A stretch of 64,000 bases of DNA from an uncultured Rickettsiales bacterium (GTDB lineage: Bacteria > Pseudomonadota > Alphaproteobacteria > Rickettsiales > SXRF01). The notes beneath the pieces are model-generated. The model saw only the letters and a list, made by a program, of their open reading frames with translations, was not told where the DNA came from and searched no databases. Of the stretch, positions 54,821-62,773 are shown piece by piece. The stretch lies in the NCBI GenBank assembly GCA_964469525.1, contig CAYXYU010000002.1, positions 218,687-282,686 of the forward strand. Reading direction: 5' to 3'. How positions within the stretch are numbered: the stretch's first letter is position 1; each line of letters starts with the position of its first letter. A program made the position numbers and the translations under genes.

Positions 54821-56763
54821 GTAAGCTTCCCGTAGAACGCGTGGCCGATTTTGGCAGGCGGGGTGAACGGATCATCGATGGCGGTAAACTCACGGTGTGT
54901 TCCGGCCAGCAGGTTCTGGCCGACCAGCCTGAGCTGCATGCCGTCGCTGAGCTGCCAGCCCAGCCCCATGTCCAGCCGCCAGTATTCCTCGATGCGGAAA
55001 TCCGGCAGGTCATCGACATAATACAACATGGTATCCAGCGATAGGTTATCGGTCATGTTCCAGTGCGCGCGCATATTGAACTGGTGGTGCGGTGACTGCC
55101 TCTCGGCGACTTCCGGATCGATGGCGCCCGCCGGGCCGTGCAGCTGCATCTGCAGTACGCTGTAGGTGCCGATGAAATGGAGATTCTCCAGCGCGCGCCA
55201 GTCGAGCACGAATTCGCCCCCATAGGTTTCCGCCGTTGTGCCGTTGGCGATGCTGGTGTTGATGACGAACGGTCCCGCTCCCACCGCGCTGACCGCTGAC
55301 AGCTTATCGTAATCGCTGTAGAAAGCGGCGACATCGAACGAGAGATCGGACGCAATCTGCCGGCGGTAGCCCAGTTCGTAAGCGATCAGCTCTTCGCTGT
55401 CGAAATCGGTGTTGGGCAGCAGGCCGAAGACACCCAGCAGGAAGTCGATGGTCAGGTCATGTTCCAGCTGGCTGGGCGTGCGCACGGCACGCGCAATGGA
55501 AGCCCAGGCCATCTGCTCCTCGTCGATATGCCATTGCAGGCGCGCATTGGGCTGGACTTCGAAGCCGCTATAGTCGTTATGCTCGAACTTCGAGCCCAGC
55601 GTCAGGTACCAGTGGTCGGTATCGAGCGTAATTTTGTCCTGCACGAAACCGCTGAACAGCTGATCGTGCCGTGTGGGGTGCGTGGTAGTGGCGGAGTTGC
55701 CGATCAACTCACCGACGGTTAGGCGGTAGCGCGCCCCGACGATGGTTTTATGTCGTCCATACTGGGGAAAATCATATTGCCCGTCCAGGTCGAAGGAAGT
55801 CCGCTGGTCGGCCAGCACCAGCTGGTCCCGGAAGGTGTAATCGACATAGCCCTGCACGGTCAGGCGCGCATCGTCCTCGAATTCGCGCGTCCAGCGGCCG
55901 AGTATGTTCCAGCCGGTGGCACGGATATGCTCCCGCGTCAACACCCCGAGCGAAGAGACGCGCAATTGTCCGACGGCATCCTTCACCATGTCGCCCTGCA
56001 GCGTGAAGCTGTCCTGGCTGCCGTCTTCCCAGTCGCTGCGGAATCCGGCGCGGTAGGCTTGCTGGCCGTCGCGCGCGCCGAGATCGGCCAGGGTGCGCTC
56101 CTCGTCGCGATTGATATATTTGGCATAGGCGCGGTAAAAAGCGTTCTCGCCGATTTTCCCGCCGTAGCGGCTGGTACCGATGGCACGGTCCTGGTTACCG
56201 GCAATGGCGCTGACCAGGCCGCCCTGCGTATCACGCGCATGCTTGGTGATAATGTTGATGACACCATTGACGGCATTGGCGCCCCACAGCGCGGCACCCG
56301 GGCCGCGGATGACTTCGATGCGCTCGATATCTTCCAGTACAGTGTCCTGCACGTCCCAGTAGACTCCGGAGAAAAGCTGGTCATACACTTCGCGCCCGTC
56401 CATCAGCACCAGCAGCTTATTGGCCAGCCCGCTGTTGAAGCCGCGCACGCTGACCGCCCAGCCGCCGCCATGGGTGCGTGCCACCTGCACGCCGGGCACC
56501 ATCCGCAGGGCTTCGGGTATCGAGGTCGCGCCCGAACGCATGATGTCCTCGCCGGTCAGCACGAAAATGGCCGCCGGCGCATCCATCAGCTTTTCCGAGC
56601 TTTTGGAAACGGAGGTCACCGTGGCGCTGAACAATTGCTCAGGCGAGAGCTCGAAACTGTCGATGCCGGAGACCGCTGTTGCTGCGTGAAAGGGGAATAA
56701 ACAGCTGGCCATGCCGCAGGCGAGGAGGATCGCCGTAACAGTGTTCTCCCTGCCGCCCTTCAT
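54808..56763 (-). CDS. TonB-dependent outer-membrane receptor
   Basis: It has a signal peptide, the plug motifs DAPAAIFVLTGEDIMRSGATSIPEALRMVPGVQV and IEVIRGPGAALWGANAVNGVINIITK, and the C-terminal ..GKLTWMF. Confidence 0.9.
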   Translation of the reverse strand: MKGGRENTVTAILLACGMASCLFPFHAATAVSGIDSFELSPEQLFSATVTSVSKSSEKLMDAPAAIFVLTGEDIMRSGATSIPEALRMVPGVQVARTHGGGWAVSVRGFNSGLANKLLVLMDGREVYDQLFSGVYWDVQDTVLEDIERIEVIRGPGAALWGANAVNGVINIITKHARDTQGGLVSAIAGNQDRAIGTSRYGGKIGENAFYRAYAKYINRDEERTLADLGARDGQQAYRAGFRSDWEDGSQDSFTLQGDMVKDAVGQLRVSSLGVLTREHIRATGWNILGRWTREFEDDARLTVQGYVDYTFRDQLVLADQRTSFDLDGQYDFPQYGRHKTIVGARYRLTVGELIGNSATTTHPTRHDQLFSGFVQDKITLDTDHWYLTLGSKFEHNDYSGFEVQPNARLQWHIDEEQMAWASIARAVRTPSQLEHDLTIDFLLGVFGLLPNTDFDSEELIAYELGYRRQIASDLSFDVAAFYSDYDKLSAVSAVGAGPFVINTSIANGTTAETYGGEFVLDWRALENLHFIGTYSVLQMQLHGPAGAIDPEVAERQSPHHQFNMRAHWNMTDNLSLDTMLYYVDDLPDFRIEEYWRLDMGLGWQLSDGMQLRLVGQNLLAGTHREFTAIDDPFTPPAKIGHAFYGKLTWMF

Positions 56764-56901
56764 ACGTTGTCTCCGTACGCTTGAAACCGGATAGCGAAAG
56801 CGAATCGGAGTGTGCAGTCATCGGTATAAAAAAGCAATTAATATGCAACTTTGACTTGCGCTGCGCGGAGAAGCTGTTCCAGATCGGGAAAAATAAGGCT
56901 G

Positions 56902-57228
56902 CTATTGTTCCAGAGCAGGAAAAGCCAGTGTCAGTGCATCGATCCGGACGGTGACGGCTTGCTGGACAATGGAATTCGCCCCGCTGTTCTGGCCAACGGT
57001 GGTGATGCCGGTGGTTTTTTCAAAGGCGCCGTTATCAATGGTATTGTTGAAGGAGTCGATTGCCGGGGCATCTAATATGATTTTCGATGAAGCGACCGTA
57101 GCAGCCAGGGAAGCGCTGGTGACGACACTGCTATCGGTTAATATCATGTCGGAAGCGATGGCAGGTGCGCTGCCAGCATATAGAAAAATGAGAGATAGGG
57201 CTGAATAAATCTTTATAACAGCTGGCAT
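56902..57228 (-). CDS. Small secreted protein, hypothetical
   Basis: It has the signal peptide IYSALSLIFLYAGSAPAIAS and a Ser/Thr/Ala-rich mature part. The start codon directly abuts the Fur-box-like array, so the start is uncertain. Confidence 0.45.
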   Translation of the reverse strand: MPAVIKIYSALSLIFLYAGSAPAIASDMILTDSSVVTSASLAATVASSKIILDAPAIDSFNNTIDNGAFEKTTGITTVGQNSGANSIVQQAVTVRIDALTLAFPALEQ

Positions 57229-57232
57229 AGAT

Positions 57233-57251
57233 ATTAATGATTATCATTATA
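57233..57251. promoter_or_regulatory. Fur-box-like operator within a longer NAT(A/T)AT hexamer array (about 57230-57276)
   Basis: By hand alignment, ATTAATGATTATCATTATA matches the consensus GATAATGATAATCATTATC at 15 of 19 positions. It lies upstream of the small ORF and the TonB-dependent receptor. Confidence 0.55.
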
Positions 57252-57345
57252 TTATTAATATCTAATTAATATTAAGTGGCATTGTGAGGAAAGCCGGAAT
57301 ACGGAAGCAGGAATGATTTGACCTGCCCTTGCTGCTGCGATTAGC

Positions 57346-58542
57346 TTGCTTTTTATGACCATGGATCTTGATACCTCCTTACATGCGGAACTGGCGGCGA
57401 TGGAAAAAGCGGGAACGCTCAAATCCTTCCGTCACATCGCCTCGCCGATGGATACTGAGGTTGAGATGAAGGAGCGCGGGCATGTGCTCGTGTTGTCCTC
57501 TAACAACTATCTCGGACTTGCCAATCATCCGGAGGTGATCGAAGCGGGACGGCAGGCACTGCTCGAGTACGGCGCGGGCACGGCGTCGGTCCGTTTCATC
57601 TGCGGCACCTTCACCATTCATGACCAGATCGAGGCGGCGCTAGCGAAGCTGCACCGCAAGGAGGCTGCACTGACCTATGTCTCCTGCTGGGCGGCCAATA
57701 CGGGGCTGATTCCGGCGGTGGCCGGAGCGGAGGACGCGCTGGTATCGGATGCGCTGAACCACGCCTCGCTGATCGACGGCTGCCGCATGTCAAAGGCGAA
57801 GCGCTTCGTCTACAAGCATTCCGACATGGCCGACTTGGACTCCAAGCTGAAAGAAGCGGGGAATGTCCGCCGTCTGTTCATTGTCACGGACGGTGTATTC
57901 AGCATGGAAGGCGACATCGCCAACCTGCCGGAGATCATCAAACTGGCGAAGAAGTACCAGGCTTCGATCATTCTTGATGATTCGCACGGCGTTGGCGTGA
58001 TGGGCAAACACGGGCGCGGCACGGCGGAGCATTTCGGCGTCGAGCAGGACGTGCACATCGTCACTGGCACACTGGGCAAGGCGCTGGGCGGCGCAGCGGG
58101 CGGCTATGTTGCCGGCTCCAAAACGCTGATTGATTATCTCAACCAGGTGTCGCGGCCGCAGCTCTTTTCCAATGCGTTGCCGGCAACCATTGCAGCGAGC
58201 GCCATGAAGGCGATTGAAATTCTCGAGCGTGAACCGCAGCGTGTGAAGCGCCTGCATGAAATCACCCACCGCATGCGCGAGGGCCTCAAGAAAAAAGGTT
58301 TCAAGCCGCTGGAAGGCGAGTCGGCGATTGTGCCGATTATCGTCGGTGATACGGCGTTCGCCATCAAGATGAGCCAGGCGCTGCTCGAAGAAGGCATCTT
58401 CATCACCGGATTCGGCTACCCGGTTGTGCCCGAGGGCACAGCCCGCCTGCGCATCCAGATGTGTGCCTCACTTACCGACGCGCAGATCGACCAGGCCATC
58501 AAGACGTTCGAGAAGGTGGGCAAAAGGCTCGGGGTGATTTGA
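57346..58542 (+). CDS. kbl: 2-amino-3-ketobutyrate CoA ligase (glycine C-acetyltransferase)
   Basis: It is collinear with E. coli Kbl (NNYLGLANHP, ASVRFICGT, DALNHASLIDG, GTLGKALGGAAGGY, YPVVPEGTARLR). Confidence 0.9.
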   Translation: MLFMTMDLDTSLHAELAAMEKAGTLKSFRHIASPMDTEVEMKERGHVLVLSSNNYLGLANHPEVIEAGRQALLEYGAGTASVRFICGTFTIHDQIEAALAKLHRKEAALTYVSCWAANTGLIPAVAGAEDALVSDALNHASLIDGCRMSKAKRFVYKHSDMADLDSKLKEAGNVRRLFIVTDGVFSMEGDIANLPEIIKLAKKYQASIILDDSHGVGVMGKHGRGTAEHFGVEQDVHIVTGTLGKALGGAAGGYVAGSKTLIDYLNQVSRPQLFSNALPATIAASAMKAIEILEREPQRVKRLHEITHRMREGLKKKGFKPLEGESAIVPIIVGDTAFAIKMSQALLEEGIFITGFGYPVVPEGTARLRIQMCASLTDAQIDQAIKTFEKVGKRLGVI

Positions 58543-58543
58543 T

Positions 58544-58570
58544 CGTCATTCCCGCGAAGGCGGGAATCCA
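58544..58570 (+). repeat. GC-rich palindromic repeat CGTCATTCCCGCGAAGGCGGGAATCCA
   Basis: It is an identical 27-mer to 62651-62677, with stem ATTCCCGC/GCGGGAAT and loop GAAG. Confidence 0.85.
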
Positions 58571-58573
58571 GTA

Positions 58574-58591
58574 GCGCCGCGTCTGCGGCGC
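58574..58591 (+). terminator. GC hairpin GCGCCGC-GTCT-GCGGCGC after kbl (possible terminator; weak T tract)
   Basis: It has a perfect 7-bp stem, but only a partial T-rich tail follows it. Confidence 0.35.
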
Positions 58592-58627
58592 AGTAGTTCT
58601 ATACCGCGCCCATGGCGCTTTGACTGG

Positions 58628-58665
58628 ATTCCCCTATAATTTTGCTGGCGCAAAATTCGGGGAAT
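58628..58665. repeat. Composite hairpin ATTCCCC-TAT-AATTTTGC-TGGC-GCAAAATT-C-GGGGAAT
   Basis: I read this from the sequence. It lies 8 nt beyond the trmJ-like stop in a convergent intergenic region. Confidence 0.55.
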
Positions 58666-58672
58666 GACAAGG

Positions 58673-59395
58673 TCATCGCCCCTTTCGCTCCCGTTCCCAG
58701 ATGGAGCGCAGCATGCCGCGGAATGTCCGCACTTCCTGACCGCTCCACTGGCCTCTGAGCAGCATGTTCTGCAGATTCTGCCACATGATGATTTTTTTAT
58801 CGGCGACGCGGTAGTAATTCACTTCGTCGAGATATTCCTCGAGTTGCTGAAACAATCCCTGCCAGTCTTCTTTCGGTGCAATGGAAGGCAGGCTGCGCGT
58901 GACATTCGGCGTTTGCGACTGTTTCCACCATTCATAAAACAGCACCACCGCCGACTGAGCGATGTTGAGCGAGGAATTTTCCGGCGCGGTGGGTATGGTG
59001 ACTAGCGTATCGCACCAGGCGATTTCCTCATTCTCCAGCCCCGTGCGCTCAGGGCCGAACACCAGCGCGATTTTGCCATCATTTTGTGTGATTTCCTTCA
59101 CCGCCGCATCCGGCGTCACTACGCGTTTTTCCATATCGCGCGGGCGGGCGGTGGTGGCAAAGGCGAGCTGGATGTCGTGCATCGCCGAGGTGAAATTGGG
59201 GAATATTTTGGCGGCTTTGACAATCGATTCGCCGCCGGATGCCGTTTCTTCTGCACGTTTATTCGGCCAGCCGTCACGCGGCGCGGCGATGCGCAGATCC
59301 GAAAGCCCGAAATTGCTCATGGCGCGCGCCACGGCGCCGATATTCTCGCCCAGCTGCGGGCGGACCAGCAGCACGACGGGGCTATTTCCTGGCAT
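58673..59395 (-). CDS. trmJ: SpoU/TrmH-family RNA 2'-O-methyltransferase (TrmJ-like)
   Basis: VVLLVRPQLGENIGAVARAMSNFGL, LVFGPERTGL and the SPOUT C-terminal motif IPT....SLNIAQSAVVLFYE identify it. The start is set at MPGNSP (59395). Confidence 0.75.
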   Translation of the reverse strand: MPGNSPVVLLVRPQLGENIGAVARAMSNFGLSDLRIAAPRDGWPNKRAEETASGGESIVKAAKIFPNFTSAMHDIQLAFATTARPRDMEKRVVTPDAAVKEITQNDGKIALVFGPERTGLENEEIAWCDTLVTIPTAPENSSLNIAQSAVVLFYEWWKQSQTPNVTRSLPSIAPKEDWQGLFQQLEEYLDEVNYYRVADKKIIMWQNLQNMLLRGQWSGQEVRTFRGMLRSIWERERKGR

Positions 59396-60968
59396 TGAAC
59401 AGCTTGTAGGTGATGGAATCATGCAGTGCGTTGAACGACGCGTCGATGACGTTGGCGGATACGCCGATGGTGTTCCACACATGGCCCTTGCTGTCGCGCG
59501 ACTCGATCATCACGCGCGTGATGGCCTTGGTGCCTTCATTGGGGGTAAGGATGCGCACCTTATAGTCGGTGAGCTGTAAATCCTTCACCGATGGGAAATG
59601 CTTGGCCAGTGCCTTGCGCAGCGCGGCGTCGAGCGAGTTCACCGGGCCGTTGCCTTCGGCCACGGTCATGATTTCATCGCCGTCGATGGTCAGCTTGATG
59701 GTGGCTTCCGACACATTGACCAGCTTGCCCTTGGCGTTATGGCGTCTCTCGCCAATGACGCGGAAGCTTTCAATCTCGAAATATTCCGGCACGGTGCCCA
59801 GCATCCGGCGCGCCAGCAATTCGAAGCTCGCCTCAGCGCCTTCATAGGCGTAGCCCTGCTTTTCGCGCTGCTTCACTTCGGATACCAGCGCGCTCACCAG
59901 CTCATCATCACCCTTCACATTGATGCCGAATTGCTTGAGCCGGTCGAGGATATTTGATTTTCCGGCTTTGTCGGACACCAGGATGGTGCGCTCATTGCCC
60001 ACCAGATCCGGATTGACATGCTCGTAGCTCGTCGAATCCTTGGCCATCGCCGACACGTGCAGCCCGCCCTTGTGCGCGAATGCCGCGCTGCCGACATAGG
60101 GTGCGTGCTGGTTGGGCGAGCGGTTGAGGCGGTCATCGAGAAAGCGCGACACATGCGTCAGCTGCGCGAGTTTTTCTTTGCTGATGCCGGTGGTATAGCC
60201 CATTTTCAGCATCAAATTGGGAATGATGGAAATCAGATTCGCGTTGCCGCAGCGCTCGCCGACGCCGTTGATGGTGCCCTGCACCTGGCGCACACCGGCG
60301 CGCACGGCGGCCAGCGAGTTGGCGACCGCCGACTCGGTGTCGTTATGACAGTGGATGCCTAAGTGTGTGCCCGGGATATGCTTGGTGACTTTGCCTACGA
60401 TTGCTTCAATATCGAACGGCAGCGAACCGCCATTGGTGTCGCACAGCACGATCCAGCGCGCGCCGGCCTCATGCGCGGCTTTCAGGCAGTTCAGCGCAAA
60501 TTCTGGATTGGACTTATAGCCGTCGAAAAAATGTTCGGCGTCGTACAGCGCCTCGCGCTTATGCTTCACTACATGCGCAATGGATTCGGCAATCATGCGC
60601 TGGTTTTCCTTTTCCGACACGCCGAGTGTCACTTCCACCTGCCGGTCCCAGCTTTTGCCGACCAGGCAAATCGACTTGGCGCCCGATTCGATGAGCGCCG
60701 CCAGTCCCGGGTCGTTATCCGCCGAGCGGCCCGAACGGCGCGTCATGCCGAAGGCGGAGAGTTTTGCTTTAGAGAGCGTTGGGACATGGGCAAAAAATTC
60801 ATCATCATTGGGATTGGCGCCCGGCCAGCCGCCTTCGATGTAATCGATGCCGAGCTTGTCGAGCTCGCGCGCAATGGCCTGTTTGTCGGCCACCGTGAAG
60901 TCGACGCCGCGCGCCTGCGCCCCGTCGCGCAGTGTGGAGTCGTAGAGATAGATGCGGTCGCTGCTCAT
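59382..60968 (-). CDS. cimA: Citramalate synthase (LeuA-family, CimA type)
   Basis: The N-terminus LYDSTLRDGAQARGVDFTVADKQAIARELDKLGIDYIEGGWPGANPNDDEFF and the C-terminal LeuA-dimer-like domain identify it. Confidence 0.8.
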   Translation of the reverse strand: MSSDRIYLYDSTLRDGAQARGVDFTVADKQAIARELDKLGIDYIEGGWPGANPNDDEFFAHVPTLSKAKLSAFGMTRRSGRSADNDPGLAALIESGAKSICLVGKSWDRQVEVTLGVSEKENQRMIAESIAHVVKHKREALYDAEHFFDGYKSNPEFALNCLKAAHEAGARWIVLCDTNGGSLPFDIEAIVGKVTKHIPGTHLGIHCHNDTESAVANSLAAVRAGVRQVQGTINGVGERCGNANLISIIPNLMLKMGYTTGISKEKLAQLTHVSRFLDDRLNRSPNQHAPYVGSAAFAHKGGLHVSAMAKDSTSYEHVNPDLVGNERTILVSDKAGKSNILDRLKQFGINVKGDDELVSALVSEVKQREKQGYAYEGAEASFELLARRMLGTVPEYFEIESFRVIGERRHNAKGKLVNVSEATIKLTIDGDEIMTVAEGNGPVNSLDAALRKALAKHFPSVKDLQLTDYKVRILTPNEGTKAITRVMIESRDSKGHVWNTIGVSANVIDASFNALHDSITYKLFNARK

Positions 60969-60970
60969 GC

Positions 60971-61261
60971 TTATTCGCTGCCGGTGCCCCAGACGTTGCC
61001 GCCGCCGCCATTGCCTTGATCACCGCCGCTTCCCCACACATTGCCTTCACCGCTTCCCCATACGCTGCCGCCGTCTCCGCCTGCCGGGGATGAAGGCTCC
61101 TGGGGATTGGCCTGCGGCGGTGGTGCCGTTTCATTATTTCCGTCACAGGTGCCGAACATGGTGCAGTAAGCATCCTCGATCCCCCACAGGCTGTCTTCGC
61201 CCCAGCTTGTGCCGGGCGATAGCGCCCATGCGCTCATTACGATCCATACATATTTTTTCAT
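60971..61261 (-). CDS. Small exported Gly/Trp-repeat protein, hypothetical
   Basis: It has the signal-like N-terminus [21 protein letters not shown] and three (S/N)VWG(S/T)G repeats. Its ATG overlaps the cysS stop (ATGA), and its stop lies 2 nt before the cimA start. Confidence 0.5.
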   Translation of the reverse strand: MKKYVWIVMSAWALSPGTSWGEDSLWGIEDAYCTMFGTCDGNNETAPPPQANPQEPSSPAGGDGGSVWGSGEGNVWGSGGDQGNGGGGNVWGTGSE

Positions 61262-62643
61262 GCGCGTCTCCAGTCGGTTGTCCCATCCGGCCTATCTTCA
61301 AGGATAATCCCCTGATCCGCAAGCACTTTTCGGATGTGATCGGCTTCGGCAAAGTTTTTTGCCTTTTTAGCGGCGGTACGGGTTGCGATTTGATGGTTTA
61401 CCCAAGCTATATTTTCACCAGCTCCACCCACCTTATCATCCTCTTCAGTAATCGCTGCGCTGACCGTGACTCCCTTAAACCATATCTCCGGATCTTGCTG
61501 CAAAATACCAAGCAATGCGCCCATCACGGCCAGTTCTTCAGGTTTTGCCGTATGCATCAAACTCAGCGCCTTGGGCAGATTGAGATCGTCGCAGAGGGCG
61601 TCAAGAAAGGGCTTCAGGCTCTGGGCTTCAAGCTCCGGGGGATTTTTCTGTCCCTGAAGCCTATACCACTTATCCAGCGTCAGCTTGGCGTCGTGCACCA
61701 GCTTTTCGTTCCAATCGAGCGGCTCGTTGTATTTCGAAGAGAGCAATGCAAGGCGGATCACTTCGCCTTTCACACCCTTGTCCAATAAATCCTTCACCGT
61801 CGTAAAATTGCCCGCCGACTTGGCCATTTTTTCGCCGTTCACGGTCAGGAAGCCGTTATGCACCCAGTAGCGTGCGAACTCTGATTGCTCATTGGCGCAG
61901 CGGCTTTGGGCGATTTCGTTTTCGTGGTGAGGGAACATCAGGTCGGCGCCGCCACCATGGATGTCGAACGTATCGCCCAGATGTTTGCTGCTCATTGCCG
62001 AGCATTCGATGTGCCAGCCCGGGCGGCCCTTGCCCCAGGGCGAGTCGAACACGCTGGAGGGATCGTCGCCGTGCTCGGCCGGTTTCCACAGCACAAAATC
62101 GCCCGGATGTTTTTTGTAACTCTCCACCTCGACGCGCGCGCCGGCCACCAGCTCATCCAGTTTGCGCCCCGATAATTTTCCATAGTCCTTATAACTGTCC
62201 ACCGCGAACAGCACATGCCCGTCCTTTACATAGGCATGCTTGTTATCGATCAGCTTCTGGATAATGCAGTGCATCTCGGCAATATGCGTGGTTGCGCGCG
62301 GTTCGACTGTCGGGCGCAGCACATTAAGCGCATCCATATCCGCATGGAACTGCTGCGTTACCTCCTCGGTCAGTTTCTGGATAGGGACTCCCAATTCCTT
62401 GGCACGCGCGTTGATCTTGTCATCAACATCGGTGATGTTGCGTACATAGATGACGTGTTCCTTGCCGTAGAGGTGCATCAGCAGCCGGTACAGCACGTCA
62501 TACACCACCACCGAACGCGCATTGCCCAGATGCGGCCGGTCATACACCGTCGGCCCGCACACATACATGCGCACATTCTTCGGGTCGAGCGGGGTGAATG
62601 CTTCTTTCCGGCGCGTGAGGGTGTTGTGGAGGGTAAGGGTCAT
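61258..62643 (-). CDS. cysS: Cysteinyl-tRNA synthetase
   Basis: [18 protein letters not shown] (HIGH region) and KMAKSAGN (KMSKS) are present, and the protein is collinear along its full length. Confidence 0.95.
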   Translation of the reverse strand: MTLTLHNTLTRRKEAFTPLDPKNVRMYVCGPTVYDRPHLGNARSVVVYDVLYRLLMHLYGKEHVIYVRNITDVDDKINARAKELGVPIQKLTEEVTQQFHADMDALNVLRPTVEPRATTHIAEMHCIIQKLIDNKHAYVKDGHVLFAVDSYKDYGKLSGRKLDELVAGARVEVESYKKHPGDFVLWKPAEHGDDPSSVFDSPWGKGRPGWHIECSAMSSKHLGDTFDIHGGGADLMFPHHENEIAQSRCANEQSEFARYWVHNGFLTVNGEKMAKSAGNFTTVKDLLDKGVKGEVIRLALLSSKYNEPLDWNEKLVHDAKLTLDKWYRLQGQKNPPELEAQSLKPFLDALCDDLNLPKALSLMHTAKPEELAVMGALLGILQQDPEIWFKGVTVSAAITEEDDKVGGAGENIAWVNHQIATRTAAKKAKNFAEADHIRKVLADQGIILEDRPDGTTDWRRA

Positions 62644-62650
62644 CTTACCT

Positions 62651-62677
62651 CGTCATTCCCGCGAAGGCGGGAATCCA
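62651..62677 (+). repeat. GC-rich palindromic repeat CGTCATTCCCGCGAAGGCGGGAATCCA
   Basis: It is identical to 58544-58570 and lies 7 nt upstream of the cysS start codon. Confidence 0.85.
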
Positions 62678-62749
62678 TATTCCAGAAGCGCAGAAGGTGA
62701 TACGAGAAGGTTGAATATGGATGCATTCTATTGCCTCTTAGTGGTTATA

Positions 62750-62770
62750 GATTCCCGCCTGCGCGGATGA
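62750..62770 (-). repeat. Degenerate inverted copy of the same repeat family (GATTCCCGCCTGCGCGGATGA)
   Basis: The reverse complement TCATCCGCGCAGGCGGGAATC resembles the 31954 copy, but the stem is imperfect. Confidence 0.5.
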
Positions 62771-62773
62771 TGG

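Noticed and set aside
55750-56700. 316-aa + strand ORF antisense to the TonB-dependent receptor
   Set aside because: It is a GC-shadow ORF. The receptor frame has clear plug and barrel motifs.
56764-56901. Possible cobalamin riboswitch or second Fur box in the leader of the TonB-dependent receptor
   Set aside because: I could not find a B12-box-like core. The GCAATTAATATGCAA segment is only loosely Fur-like, so it is not reported as a feature.
21065-62770. Possibility that the recurring GC-rich palindromes form a CRISPR array
   Set aside because: The copies are dispersed singly at gene boundaries many kb apart. They are not regularly spaced with unique spacers, and no cas genes are present.
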